Source: Octopus sinensis (lineage: Eukaryota). From it: DNA of 64,000 nucleotides. The notes below the pieces were generated by a model. The model saw only the letters and a program-made list of their open reading frames with translations. It had not been told where the DNA came from and searched no databases. Shown here one piece after another: positions 39,024 to 53,820 of this stretch. Numbering within the stretch: the first letter of the stretch is position 1; the number at the start of each line of letters is the position of its first letter. Position numbers and translations under genes: made by a program. The stretch is taken from positions 48,546,001-48,610,000 of the forward strand of contig NC_043009.1 in NCBI RefSeq assembly GCF_006345805.1, given 5' to 3'.

Positions 39024-39504
39024 TCATGCTAAAAAATACAAGAGAACTCGAAACGAGTGTTGCCACACCCAGGCGTTCGTATTGTAATTTCAGTGAAAAG
39101 AGATGTAAATATGAGGGAGCTGACTGATCTGTGAGTTGACTACAGACCAACAACATAACACCCCATACACCCATCTTTCAAAACCAGAAACGGAGATCCG
39201 AACGGCTACACAATGCCAGAATCCTTTAAAAAAATCGAAAAAAAAAATAAATAAATAAATAAATAAATAAAAGAATATCACCAACCCACCAACGGCTGAA
39301 TTGAACTAGCGAATATTCATAAGGACTATGCTTGTTTTCATAGATAAAAATTTTACAAACACACCTGATATATTTAAATCAACGCTTTAATATACAATTC
39401 AAATCAATGCTAACGTATACGAATAATATAACGAGAAACATTATACGATATATATTTGTATGTATATATACTTATAAATATCTAAATATATATATATAAT
39501 AATA

Positions 39505-39554
<50 letters not shown>

Positions 39555-39806
39555 CATACATTTATATATATATATGGGTGTAGCAGTATGTGTATATACA
39601 CGTTAGAATTGCATATATGGATACATTACCTAATATATATATTTAGATGTATGTTTATGAATAAGTATATGTATATCTATCTATCTATTTCTTTTTTCAT
39701 TTTCGAAAAGAAAATCTCTACATTTGTATTTGTCCCCTCTGTGTTCAGCTCCGTGTGGCCAATAAAGAAAGTTATATATATACATATACATACATACATA
39801 CATACA

Positions 39807-39953
<147 letters not shown>

Positions 39954-40299
39954 TTACATATACATAAATTGGATACTTTACCCAAAAATTTAAAAGACAA
40001 ATATCAAAAAAGAAAAAAAAATGAAAGGGACCTTATGCAAATGTTTGCAAAAGGCAACACCACAATAGAACAAACAAGTAAACAAAAGCAGATAAATAAA
40101 ATAACATACAAAATAACAAACAATATAACGGTAACTCGGTAAACATACAAATATTTCTTCTTTGAATGGGTTTCGCTTACATACATGCTGAATAAATAAT
40201 CATACATAAGAAGCATACGTTAGGACAACAATGTTAAAACTTGCAGCTTATATAAACTATTTATGTGTGTATTTGTGTGTACGTATGTATGTATATATG

Positions 40300-40336
<37 letters not shown>

Positions 40337-40354
40337 TGTGTGTGCGTATGTATG

Positions 40355-40389
<35 letters not shown>

Positions 40390-41472
40390 ATGTATATATG
40401 TATATATGTATATATGTATATATGTATATATATATATACACACATATATATACATATATATAAACATATATATACATGTGTATATATATATATATATATA
40501 CATGTATATGTGTATACAACATATAAAACACACATACACACATACATATATGTGTATATATACGTGCAATGTTGCCATGTGTTTACAGGACACTTTGTGC
40601 AATTTCATGCATATATACATGCATGCATATATGTTATATATATATAGATATATGTGTGTGTGTTTGTGTGCGCATGTGTATGTCTATGTATACATGAATA
40701 TATAATTATGTGTGTGTATTATGTGTATTCGTCAGTGTATATATATATATACAGAATGTGTATTTATTTTCAAATATGTGTATACATAGATTGCGTGTGT
40801 GTGTTTCCATGTGTGCGAGCGTGTGCTTGTGTGAGTGAATATCTGTGCGTGTGTGAGTGTGTGTATGTGTGTGAGTGTGTGTGTGAAAGCATGTGTGTGC
40901 CTGCCTGTGTCAGCGTGTGTGTATATACAGTTGGACTATATGTATATATATATATATGCACCCACATTGCATTTGCGTAACTCTAAATCGTAAATCGAAA
41001 CACAAACCCCAAACAGAAACCAATGAGCACACACATACACACACACGCACACACACACAAAATCATGTTACATATACACACAAAGCTAAAAGAAACACCC
41101 ATCCCGGACCACCACCTCTTCGTATATATAAACGTTCATACGCGAATTGTTCTCTTCATAAGATTTCTGCAATCTGTTGTTGCTGCGGTTTGGTCACTTA
41201 AGCAGCTGGAAAACGGCAAGTGTTAGAAACAATAACACTTGTAAATATTCCAATGTGTTATCAGCCATGCCTGTACCTTTGTATATATTCATAACATCGA
41301 ACTTAGAGATATATTGAAATTCAACACACGACGTACACGTATACGCAGATAGACCCAAGCGCGTATGTACACACACACACACACACACACACAACATATA
41401 TTATAAACATACTGTATATGTATGTGTATATAAATATATACAGGCATAGATGTATACATGCATTCGCATTTC

Positions 41473-41600
<128 letters not shown>

Positions 41601-41798
41601 GTATATCTATCTATCTATTTATTTATCTAGCTATGAATCAATCTATCTTATCTAACTTTACTCTGTTACCTTACTGCATGTATACACACACACTCACACT
41701 CACAAGCACACACAGATATATACGCACACCTTGCGTATATAGATAGATATGTGTTCATAACAGACGTGTGAATCTATCTATCTATCTATCTATCTATC

Positions 41799-41844
<46 letters not shown>

Positions 41845-41857
41845 ATTATATATATAA

Positions 41858-41904
<47 letters not shown>

Positions 41905-42653
41905 ATATATATATATATATAATATATATACATACAGGCATACATGCATACATGAGAAAACATGAGCTAAAGCGCTAGAACATACGTAGATAAACGGATA
42001 GATATATGCAAGGAAAGAGAGAGGGGGGAGAAAGAGAAAGAGAAGGGCTGACATTTTCGCATGCAAATACCAAATATACACGCAGTAGTGGACACACACA
42101 CACACATACATATTCACACAATAAAAGGCCTATACACACCCGCAAAATCACCATGAAAGCAACCATAAACTCGCCCGCGCGCACGCACACACACACACAC
42201 ACACACACGCATACACACACAACTGTGTGAAAGGAAATCGTCATACACCCCCATACAATGTTATACATGCTGTTTTGTAACGTTTATACATTCGTTGTGA
42301 ATGTATTAACGTGAAAATTTCAACAAGAGCAATATCTGTAGTGAAGCATGAAACATTTTCTCTTCAACCAAAACGCCAAGACCCAACCCCACCACGCCTG
42401 ACTGAATGCTCAGTGCATACAAATGCCTTGTCCAAACCTTAATTTGGATACGTTTTGCTCTGTGTATTTGTTTTAGTTTTTCCTTTCTTTTTTTTTTTCG
42501 TGGGGGTGATTTTTTTTCTTGATTTATTTTATTCAAAAAGCTAAGTCACAAAAAGAAATCGGTATTGAGAGAGAATGCACAACACAGATTAAAAAGAGAG
42601 AAAATATTAGCAACAAAAGAAACAAATGCTTATATATATATATATACATACAT

Positions 42654-42691
<38 letters not shown>

Positions 42692-42896
42692 CATACGCAC
42701 ACATACATATATTATATCATAGATATACATGTACATGTGTATCTCATATATAAAATATATTACATATATAAAGTTATAATATATATATATAAATACATAT
42801 ATACAAACATATATATATATGCATGTACGTATATGTGTATGTATATATATATATATATACATACATACACTCATATATATACATATATATATATGT

Positions 42897-42904
<8 letters not shown>

Positions 42905-42976
<72 letters not shown>
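42905..42976. repeat. (GT)n, about 36 units (Z-DNA prone)
   Basis: Direct reading. Confidence 0.95.
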
Positions 42977-42984
<8 letters not shown>

Positions 42985-44994
42985 AAAGATAGACGGCAGA
43001 AAGAAAGTCAAAGGCAAGAATTTTGCAGAAATATAACCGAAAAATAAAAAAACAACGAATGTTCTCCTCTCGGAAATCATGAAGCCCTGTAGAATCTATT
43101 GTAGATACCAAGTGTGTTAATTCAAATTGATGTTTCGTCTTTGACGGTTTTATCATTTTTTTTCTTTTAATTTTGTTCTTTGTTATTGTTGACAGACATT
43201 ATTCCGGTAATCAATAAAAAAAAAGAACAAGAATGGAAAAAAAAATAAAGGAAAAATCCTTTAAAAATACTCAAAACAAAGCCATGCTACTTGTCCACTC
43301 CTTACCACTAATTCACTTGCACTACAAATGTTACAAACGTGTTAAGAATGTCATCGACTAACGAGTTACCATTCTATATAAACATTGGCTACATATTATT
43401 TCAGTGACAGATAGTTCCTCGCCTCTTTCAACGCCGCCGATTCCAACTTTGTTTTGTTCTTATAATATTTGTTTGTTTGTTTGTTCTCTTGATTAGTCTT
43501 GTTAGTTACTGTCGACTGTTTTTTTTTTATTATTTGTTGTTGCTGTTCTTGTTGTTGGCGCTGTAGTTTGATGTTTGGTGGTGTTAGTGCTGTTGGTGTT
43601 TGTTGTTTGTTGTTTACTTTTTGCTTCTATCTAAGTATAAAATCGCAGTCCTCTTCAAACGATTTATTTGACCAACGGACCAATTAAATCCCGATCTACC
43701 TCCAGCCATCGCATCTCATCTCATCCAACCAGGCAAACAACCAGCCACTGACCAACCGACCGACCGACCGACAGTCCGACAGACGAACCAACGAACTGGC
43801 CAATTTATGACTAACTAATATACCAAAACACTTTCTCCTTTTTTCCTTTCCCCATTTCGTTTCTCTTCCTTACAATCCCTCCACCAACGAAACCCCTAGA
43901 TCACAACATGCAAACCACACAACACTCTAAATTTTGGGAGGAAACAACCAACCACTCTACTAAAACATAATAAGCAATCGAACCATGTGAACGCTAACCC
44001 AATCAATCGTACTTCTAGCCTTTCAAACTGATTGATAGATCTAAACTAATAAATCGAACGTCCTCGCTGTTCACTCCACTAAGTGAGAAGAGAGAAACCT
44101 TTACTTTCATCAGAGCAATGTTTCGATACAGATCACACTTTGGTATGACTCAGTCAACCAACACAGCACCTACGTGATCAAACACTCACCTTTCCCCTCA
44201 GCATACTCCCACACACCTGGATTATGAACATAACCATTCCCATAATTTCCAGACAAACGTAAAAAGGTGTGTATGCCTTCCTCCACTAATCAAAGATACA
44301 TACATACGTACGTACGTACGTATGTATGTATATACGTATGTATGTAAGTACGTACGTATGTATGTATTATGTAGGTAGGTATTTATGTATGTATAGCAGT
44401 CAAATTAATAAGAACATGAAGCCCCAAATACTGAGCTGAAGATCTACATGATTACATGTGTCATCGATACCGATCTTTATCTCAGTTTTTCTCCTTCTCT
44501 GTCGATCTACCTATCTATCTACCTATCTGTATCTCTCTCGCCCTTTCTGTATATATATATCTTTTGTGTGTGTATTTGTTTATACATACATACATACATA
44601 CATAAATACATAAATACATACATACATATATATATGTGTGTATACATGCATACATACCTACATACGTAACGTAACTACATGCAATCATACATACATATGT
44701 GTGTGTTCACCGTGCTTGACCGCTAAATGTACAGGTTTTTCTTTCATTCTCTCTCGGTTTATTTTTTCTTATTCCTTTCTGTTGAAGAGCGTATGCTCGA
44801 AATGAAAAATACTTTTTCAGTTTCCCTAGCGTCAAACTAATACACCTGCTTGTTGTTCATACACCTGTCTTCGTATTTTGTTTTTCTATAAATAACAACA
44901 ATATGTATATGTACATACATATATATATAAATACATACACATATACAGATTCATACACACACACACACACACACACACTCACACACACATATTC

Positions 44995-45200
44995 TTTTAT
45001 TCTTTTGTTCTTTTTTTGTTTCAGTCATTTGACTGAGGCCACGCTGGAGCACCGCCTTTAGTCGAACGAATCGACCCCAGGACTTATTCTTTGTAAGCAT
45101 GGTACTTATTCTAACGGGCTCTTTTGCCGAACCGCTAATTTACGGGGACGTAAACATACCAACATAGGTTGCCAAGCGACGGTGGTGGGGGCAAACACAG
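44995..45200 (-). mobile_element. SINE family A, 3' half
   Basis: tttcagtcatttgactgaggccacgctggagcaccgcctttagtcg is the reverse complement of the family A tail. Confidence 0.8.
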
Positions 45201-45220
45201 ACACAAATATATATATAGAG

Positions 45221-45302
<82 letters not shown>

Positions 45303-45311
45303 AAACATTGA

Positions 45312-45690
45312 ATAGTGGCAATGTGGTAGGAAATTTGCCTGTCAAACATGTTTCAGTCCCTCTGCGTGGCACCTTGGGCAAGTGTCTTCTGCGATAACCT
45401 CGGACCGACCAAAGCTATGTGAGTGGATTTGGTAACGGAAACTGAAAGAGCCCGTTTGATATATGTATATGTATATGTATGTATGTATTTGATAATTGCG
45501 TCTGTGTTTGTCCCTCCAACAATGTTTGACAACCTATGTCGGTGTGTTTACGTCCTCGTAAGCTAGATGTTCGGCAAAAATAGTCCGATAGAATAAGTAC
45601 TACAAATAGGTTTACAAAGAATACGTTCTGGGGTTGATTCGCTGGACTAAAGGCGGTGCTCCAGCATGGCCGCAGTCATGCCTAGAATAA
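45312..45690 (+). mobile_element. SINE family A
   Basis: cagtccctctgcgtggcaccttgggcaagtg...gactaaaggcggtgctccagcatggccgcagtc. Confidence 0.8.
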
Positions 45691-45730
45691 GTAAATGTAA
45701 AAGTATAAAAGAATACCGATCTCTCTACGT

Positions 45731-45746
45731 AACTTTCTAACCTTTT

Positions 45747-45822
<76 letters not shown>
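45731..45822. repeat. (CT)n microsatellite
   Basis: Direct reading. Confidence 0.95.
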
Positions 45823-45828
<6 letters not shown>

Positions 45829-46107
45829 TGCAAAGGCAAATGAGACGAATTCGTCATGTGTATATTTTAATGTTTTGACTGTTATTTCTAGCAATCTTTT
45901 GACATGCAATGCCTCCGCCCCCGATGATGAAAGAGCCAGCGTACGCGCTGTTTTCTGATTGGCTGAAAATTCTGAAAATAATCAAACTTTGAACACCTGT
46001 AACATTTTCAAATTCGGATTCAGTGACAAAAATTACATGTATGTGATACTTAAAAAAATTTTTTTCAAGTTAATTATTAATAGTGACGAAAGCCACAAAT
46101 ATTCTGC

Positions 46108-46218
<111 letters not shown>

Positions 46219-46919
46219 CCTGCCTGTCTGTCTGTCTGTCTAGCTCGCTAGCTATCTATATACATATATATATGTATGCATATATGTGTGTGTATATGAG
46301 TGTGTGTCTGTGTGAGTATGCGTTTGTATTCGTTCACGCGTGGGTGTAGGTGAGTGTATTTATCCTTCGCCACTGCTTTACAGCCAATGTCCCAATGATG
46401 GTTTGTTTACATCCCCGTAAACAAGCGACTTGGTGAAAAAGCCGATAAAATATCTACTAGACTTTAAAAACAAACGCTGGGTCGATTTGTTCGATTAGCA
46501 CTCTTCAACTCGGTATCCCAGCATGGCCATATCCGCTGTCCAATGACTGTAAAAAGCACAAGTTGTATGCCTTTTCAAGAAGGATTTACCCCGAGGTAAA
46601 CAGCAGCGAAAGCAACAACAATAACAAAGCACGGAGCTTCTACGTAGTTGTTCAATCGGCTAGAAACAGCAGTTGATCTAGTTTTAGGTGCTCTATTTTG
46701 AGAACAAATATGGAATTATCAGGATTAGAAAACCTGTCTCAAGTTCCATTTTCATACCAACAAACATTATCCTCTTCTTCTTCTTCTTCTTCTTCTTCTT
46801 CTTCTTCTTCTTCTTCTTCTTCTTCTTCTTCTTCTTCTTCTCTCCTCCCTCCCTCCTCCTTTTCCTCTGTCTCCTCCGTCTCTTTCTCCGCCTCCTCCAC
46901 CCTCTCCTCCTCCCCTCCC

Positions 46920-46950
<31 letters not shown>

Positions 46951-47073
46951 GTCGTCGTCGTCGTCATATTCATCATCCTCCTCATCGTCATCATCATCAT
47001 CAGTATCAGCAAGGGTAATAATTTACTCGACTCCATCATTGCCATCAAGAAACATGAGCATTATCATCATTAA

Positions 47074-47115
<42 letters not shown>

Positions 47116-47679
47116 AATCAACAACAACAAACGTACCAATTATTCAGTCAGCCACCCATTGTGCCTATCCAACCATGCCATAAAGCAAAACAAGCAAGTA
47201 GCCAATAAATATGGCTACCGGACTAAACGACAAACTGACCGATCAACCGATCAACCGAACAACGAATCAACCAATCAATCACTCAATCAGTCAACCAACA
47301 AGCCGATCGAACGCTCGATCGACGACCATCCAGTCCACCAACTGACCAACCCATCGACCCGTCGACCCATTGATTCATTGAATGACAAACCCACCGTTTT
47401 GAGCTAAATAATTTATTTATTTCAAAATCCTTCAACGCTACCGACCGACTTTGTCTAGTTTTAATCGATATTAAAACCACTTGTGTTTTCCAATATTTAA
47501 CCGAAATGTTCTTATCTGACATTGCTTGAAAATTTAAGAAATCCTGAGATCAGTGAGAAGACGTATTGCTCAGTGAACGGATCTCACTTGGCATCGTATG
47601 AGGCAATTTTATTAGTGTCTTTCCTTATCTCTAAGAATCTATTTTTCATGTGAAATGCTTTGACACGTTAGGGTATCAA

Positions 47680-48760
47680 ACGAAACGCTTAGCGGTATTT
47701 CGCCCGTCACTACGTTCTGAGTTCAAATTCCGCCGATATCGACTTTGCCTTTCATCATTTCGGGGTCGATAAATTAAGTATACTGGGGTCGATCTAATCG
47801 ACTGGCCTCCTCCCCATTTAATCGAAATGTTCTTATATGACACTGCTTTAAAATTTATTTAATCCCTTTGTCTGTCTTTTTTTGTCCCTCTATGTTTAGC
47901 CCCTTGTGGTTAATAAAGAAGTAAGAAACAATTATTGTTATTACTACTATGTACACGAAAATGACGAGTTGGCAGATTCGTTTAGCACGCCGGGAAAATG
48001 CTTTACGTTCTGAGTTCAAATTGAGCCGCGGTCGACTTTGCGGGGTCAACTTTGCTTTTCATTCCTTTTGTGATCGATAAAATAAGTCCCAGTTTAGCAC
48101 TGGGGATCGATGTAACTAATTCAGCCCTCGAAATTGCCCTCGAAATTGCTGGCATTGTACCAACATTTTAAACCCTTATTACTGTGTATACGAAGGTGGC
48201 AAGCCGGCCGAATCGTTAGCGCATCTGACGAAATGCTTAGCGGTATTTCCTCCGGCGGTATTTCCTAAGGCGGCGAGCTGGCAGAAACGTTAGCACGCCG
48301 GGCGAAATGCTTAACGGTATTTCGTCTGCGTTACGTTGTGAGTTCGAATTCCGCCGAGGTCGACTTTGCCTTTCATCCTTTCGGGGTCGATAAATCAAGT
48401 ACCAGTTACGCACTGGGGTCGCTGTAATCGACTTAATACCTATGTCTGTCTTTGTTTGTCCCCTCTGAGTTTATCCCCTTGTGGGTAATAAAGAAATAGG
48501 TATTTCCACCGGCAGCGAAGTGACAGAAACGTTAGCACGCCGGGCGAAATGCGTAGTGGTATTTCGTCTGTCGTTACGTTCTGAGTTCAAATTCCGCCGA
48601 GGCCGACTTTGCCTTTCATCCTTTCGGGGTCGATAAATTAAGTACCAGTTACGCACTGGGGTCGATATAATCGACTTAATACCTATGTCTGTCCTTGTTT
48701 GTCAGCTCTGTGTTTAGCCCCTTGTGGGTAATAAAGAAATAGAAATAGGTATTTCCTCCG
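47680..48760 (+). mobile_element. Head-to-tail/nested array of about five SINE family B copies
   Basis: Repeated gttagcacgccgggcgaaatgc...gagttcaaattccgccgaggtcgactttgcctttcatcc. The youngest copies lie at about 48266-48498 and 48512-48747. Confidence 0.9.
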
Positions 48761-48911
48761 ACTCGTTACCTGATTAACTAAAATCCTGCCACGGTCAAAT
48801 ATAAGTTGGTATCTAACTTACTTCATGTTATTAGCTATGCTTAGTTTCGATAATTTCAGAAAATATTTATTGATGTCTGATGGTATATAAGACATTCTCT
48901 TTATTCTATTT

Positions 48912-49070
48912 ATTACCCTTCGCAAGCAAGGAAAGCAGGGTATTGTAGTCGCTCGTTTTTGTCTGTTTTTCTGTGTGTTTTAAAAATTACTGGAAAACGA
49001 CTGAACGGATTTTCACCAAATTTGACAGAAATATTCATCGAGTGAGTGGCCAAAACTCATTATTATGTTT
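48912..49070 (+). mobile_element. Helentron-associated (HINE/DINE-1-like) fragment
   Basis: attacccttcgcaagc...agggtattgtagtcg...aaaacgactgaacggattttcaccaaatttg resembles the 5' part of such elements; called by recognition only. Confidence 0.4.
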
Positions 49071-49257
49071 TGATTATCTTGAAAACTAGTCGTCGGGTGA
49101 ATTAAAATGTTTTTTTTTCTTTCTTTACATATGCATAAACGATAAAAGGGGAAAAAATCTCTCGATGTCATTTCGCTCAAATATTCGTCTGAGAATGTAC
49201 TTATTAAATCAAATTTTATTTTAATACGGTTCTGTATTTAAGAGATGAGGAATTATG

Positions 49258-49406
49258 TACATTATTTACATTATCATTCGAGAACACAAGTTCGAAATTT
49301 CCCCAAGACACCTGAAGAAGGCTGGAGGGTATATCAGCCGAAACGTTGTGTTAACAAACAATATGAGGACAAATATCCGTCGAATGCAAATAATGTAAAT
49401 AATGTA
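49258..49406 (+). mobile_element. Small Penelope-like pLTR remnant with ~25-bp inverted ends
   Basis: tacattatttacattat-cattcga (49258-49281) versus tcgaatgcaaataatgtaaataatgta (49380-49406); it encloses a hammerhead motif. Confidence 0.65.
49307..49352 (+). ncRNA. Minimal type I hammerhead ribozyme motif
   Basis: Stem I GACAC/GUGUU; CUGAAGA (49312-18); extra A; stem II GGCUG/CAGCC; GAAA (49340-43); loopless palindromic stem III AC/GU; triplet GUU. Confidence 0.7.
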
Positions 49407-49499
49407 AATTTTATTTTATACTTGTGTCCGCACAGCGTGTGCATCGCCCTTCTGATGCCATTGTTTTTCATTAATGTTTGTTTTCAATGATTTTAGGCA

Positions 49500-49705
49500 C
49501 CATAGCTATATATTGATTTCAAAATTTGGAGCAGCGCTAGCAGTTTCGAGGGTGGACGTAAGCCAATTACATCGACCCCAGTACACATCTGGTACTTATT
49601 CTAACGATCCTGAAAGAATGAAAGGAAAAGTCGATAGGTGGAATTTGAATTCAGAACGTAAAGACGAACGAAATGCTGCTAAGCATTTCATCCGGCGTGC
49701 TAACA
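49500..49705 (-). mobile_element. SINE family B
   Basis: attacatcgaccccagt...ggaatttgaattcagaacgta...ccggcgtgctaac. Confidence 0.7.
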
Positions 49706-50186
49706 TATAGCTTTATATTTAGATATAGCTAACATCCGGCGTGCCTTAACATATAGCTTTATATTTACCAAACAATAAACTATATCTTCCATGGAGTTGC
49801 TATGTGGTTGCTTAAAATACTAGAAATAATTGGCACACCTTCCTCAAATCCTACTGCAGATGATTAGGAAAAGATAAGTTGATGACAGTGGTTCTAGTTT
49901 CAATACACTGTACATAGGTAAAAAACTGGAGAATTGCAATTGGTAAGTTTTTGATCATTTGCTCATAAGTCTTTTAAATCTAGATTAAACCTAGGGCAAA
50001 ATAATATCAATAGCTGCAGGATTATCCGGGGATTGATCACCCGGAGAATCCTGCTTGGGATCTGAGCCAAAAATATGTCCCTCAAATCAGACCTTAAACA
50101 TTTTAAGAAAGATTTGAACAATGTAGGAAGCTACATACGTGAAGTAAGCGATACTGATGGAACGGTCATAGCTGGAATATATATAT

Positions 50187-50268
<82 letters not shown>

Positions 50269-51311
50269 TTAGGGTAACAAAAACAAAAACAATACCTACA
50301 ATAACAACTGAAGCAATGAACGAACGAATGAACCAACTAACTAACCAATCAAGTAATTATCCAACCTCTGCATAAAGCTAATTAAATAAGGAACTAATGC
50401 GTCATCAAAGAAGCTACAGAGTAACCTCCCTTAGTGGCTCACTCGCCAGTCAGTCCAACGCATCACGTCACACTTATATAATTTAACATAATCCAACACA
50501 ATACGCAAAATAATAAATAAAGAAACAAACAAAATACCTTTCCTTTGATTTAGACGTATTTTTTGCTTTTTGTTTTTACTTATGGTGCAAATAAGTGTTT
50601 ATTTTTCACTGCCATCTACAATCATCGTGTACATTCCCTCACTTTCCACCTACCTCATTACTTCTCCATATTCCACCGCTTTCCTCCCTCTTTCGTTGCC
50701 ACCACCGCCCCCTTTCTCTATCTTCGCTCAGTCTCTTTTACATTAAAGGATGACGTGAGGTGGCGGAGTGGCTGGGCTTCTGTCTTCAAATACAAACGAT
50801 ATCTGTATGAAGCAGAATATTATCCATTCATTGCTCATTTTCGGTGGTGTTGGGCTTTATGATTTATCAAAGCTATTCCTTCTCTCTATCTAGATTTATT
50901 TTATGTTTATATTTCAATATGAAAGAGAATGCCACAACACGCACGCAGGCACGCACGCACGCACATGCGCACACACGTACACTGATGCGCAAACGCGGAC
51001 GCACGCACGCACATACACGCATGCCAGAAACGTACGCACATATTCGTATTATCTATATGATGTGCGATGCTGATGTGGATATATATATAGTTTATGTATT
51101 TATGAATTCAACATCTAAAAACTAAACACACACACATACACACATACGCGCACACGCATTTATGTGTGTGTGTGTGTCTGCAAATGCATGATATATGAGT
51201 GTGTGCGTTTAAGTCGAATCGTAATGTAATGTGATTCCTTTCTCTGCATTAAAAAAAATCCAGAAAATAAATCGAAAAAAATAGCAATAATAATTTTTCC
51301 ATTTGAATTCT

Positions 51312-51358
<47 letters not shown>

Positions 51359-51784
51359 GTTGTTATTATTTTATTTTATTTAATATTTATTCAGACTCTC
51401 ATTGTCACTCTTCCTCTCCTTCTCTCACTTTCTTTCTCTTTCTTCCTCTTTTGCACTTCCTTTCTTTCTCACTTCCTTTTTCGGTCTTGTACAAAATACA
51501 AAATAGTAGACATTAACCACACAGTTGTCATTTTATAACAATGGTTTTTTTCATATATTTATTATATTTTTGTTTAGTGCCTTTTTCCTTTTATAATATA
51601 ACAAATATTGTGATATACATACAAGAGAGTACAATAGAATCGAATTGAATATAAACACATACATACGCATATTTATCCGTATACACATACATATATACAT
51701 ACATACATACATATATATCTATCTATATATATATTATATACATACATACATACATACATATATATATATATAATATATATATAC

Positions 51785-51830
<46 letters not shown>

Positions 51831-52485
51831 TCATACATATATGTATACATATATATATAAATATATAAATGTATATATATATATATACATATATATATAC
51901 ATGTATATATATATACGTATATATATATGTATGTATATGCATACATATACATGTGTGTGAAGATACAAATACATAGAAATGTTGAATATAAATGAAAAAA
52001 CCCAAACCAATTTTCAATAGAAAAAAGTATTTCATGGATCTTTTCGAATATTTTGGTTTATACGGAAAATATAATGGCGAATATAATTTTTTTATTTATT
52101 TTGGTGTTTGTGTGTTTGTGTGTTTGTGTGTTTGAGTGTAACGTGTATATGTTGTGTGTTGCTTAAATATATATGTACTCATGTATATCTTTTAAATCTG
52201 TATGTGCGGCCGTGTGTGTGTGTGTGTGTGAGACTGTGTATATGAACGTGTTATTCCATCCGATTCAATTCTATAGTCCATATTTGGAGGACAATTTTAA
52301 AATAAAAAAACACAACGTGCCAGTCTTTTTTTACAATATATTTTGTATATATTTGTGAGTCTTATATGTACAAAGAATCTTTATATTAACGTGTATATAT
52401 GTGTGTGTGTGTGTATTTCCTCGTGTATGCATATGTAGATATACGTATTTATATCTGCCTGTCTATCTGCCTGCCTGCCCGTCTA

Positions 52486-52527
<42 letters not shown>

Positions 52528-52730
52528 TATTTATCTATCTATCTATCTATCTATCTATATTTCTGTCTATTTATCTCTCTGTATATGTAAACACACACAC
52601 ATGTGTACATACATACCCACACATTCGTACAGATTCACACTCACTCTCGCAGTATACATACATACATACAAACATACATATGTATGTATATATGTATATA
52701 TATATATATATATATATACATATATATACC

Positions 52731-52776
<46 letters not shown>

Positions 52777-53374
52777 GCATATATATATATACATATATAA
52801 ATATAGGCATATGTGCATATGTGAAAACATATGTGCTTCAGATGTATTTTCTTAAAGGCGTGCACATGTGAGTATATGTGTATATAAATGTTTGTTTGAT
52901 CTAGAATGTTCATTTTTTTTTCAACATACGTTTTGCATTTCTTACATATATACTTTATGTTCTTCAAGAACAGTTTATAAAATTTATCTCAATCTCTACA
53001 ACAACAAAAGGGGGCTTTAGTATAATTTACACAGCTACGGTATATATATAACACCCTCAACAGCTATATATTATGACTTTCTTATTTCAAACGAAGAACA
53101 CTTTGAGAATGGGAAACGCAAACAGTCTAAACCACTCGGCATAAAGAAAATATGTTCTTAAGATTTTTTTTTTTCAAATGAGACAAAACTGCTGTTCAGC
53201 TACAAGAAGACATGGGCGGTAATCACCTTGGATTAATGTTCAAACAAGATTTCAAATAAGATTTCAAAGACTCTGTTTTATGGAATTTTGACGCATCTTT
53301 CATATGGATATATTTTGAAGAGTCAAACGGGAAGAGATTGGTAGACTTGATTCATTCATTGTACTTCGGAAATG

Positions 53375-53540
53375 CTGTGGCATCACCTTGACTGATTTAG
53401 TCAAACAAGTCGATCCCAGTATTTAAGTTTGGTTCTGTTGATTTCTTTTGCTGAACCGCTAAGTTACGGGATCTTAAATAAGCATATACCGGTTTTGAAG
53501 AGGTGGCAAGGGACAGACACAAGCACACACACACACAAAC
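53375..53540 (-). mobile_element. SINE family A, degraded 3' half
   Basis: tttagtcaaacaagtcgatcccag...gctgaaccgctaagttacggg. Confidence 0.6.
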
Positions 53541-53642
53541 ACATACGAGAATACGCACATATGTGTACATACTTCCTTACCTCCATACCTCCATACATGC
53601 ACATATACATACATAGATACACATATACATCCAAATATATAT

Positions 53643-53676
<34 letters not shown>

Positions 53677-53687
53677 CACACATTTAC

Positions 53688-53820
53688 CTGTGGCTGTGTG
53701 GCAAGAAGCTTATTTCCCGACCACATAGTTCCAGGTTCAGTCCCACTGCGTGGCACCTTGGGCATGTATCTTCTACTATAGCTACGGGCCGACCAAAGCC
53801 TTGTGAATAGGTTTGGTAAT
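53688..53820 (+). mobile_element. SINE family A head, truncated by the RLE fragment
   Basis: gtggctgtgtggcaag...ggttcagtcccactgcgtggcaccttgggc...gccttgtgaataggtttggta. Confidence 0.8.

Noticed and set aside
39094-39130. 37-nt plus-strand exon-like segment (tttcag...CT/gtgagt)
   Set aside because: Isolated, no recognisable peptide, and consistent with chance.
45924-45975. ATGATGA...CTGA as a C/D snoRNA
   Set aside because: Too short, with no terminal stem or evident guide.
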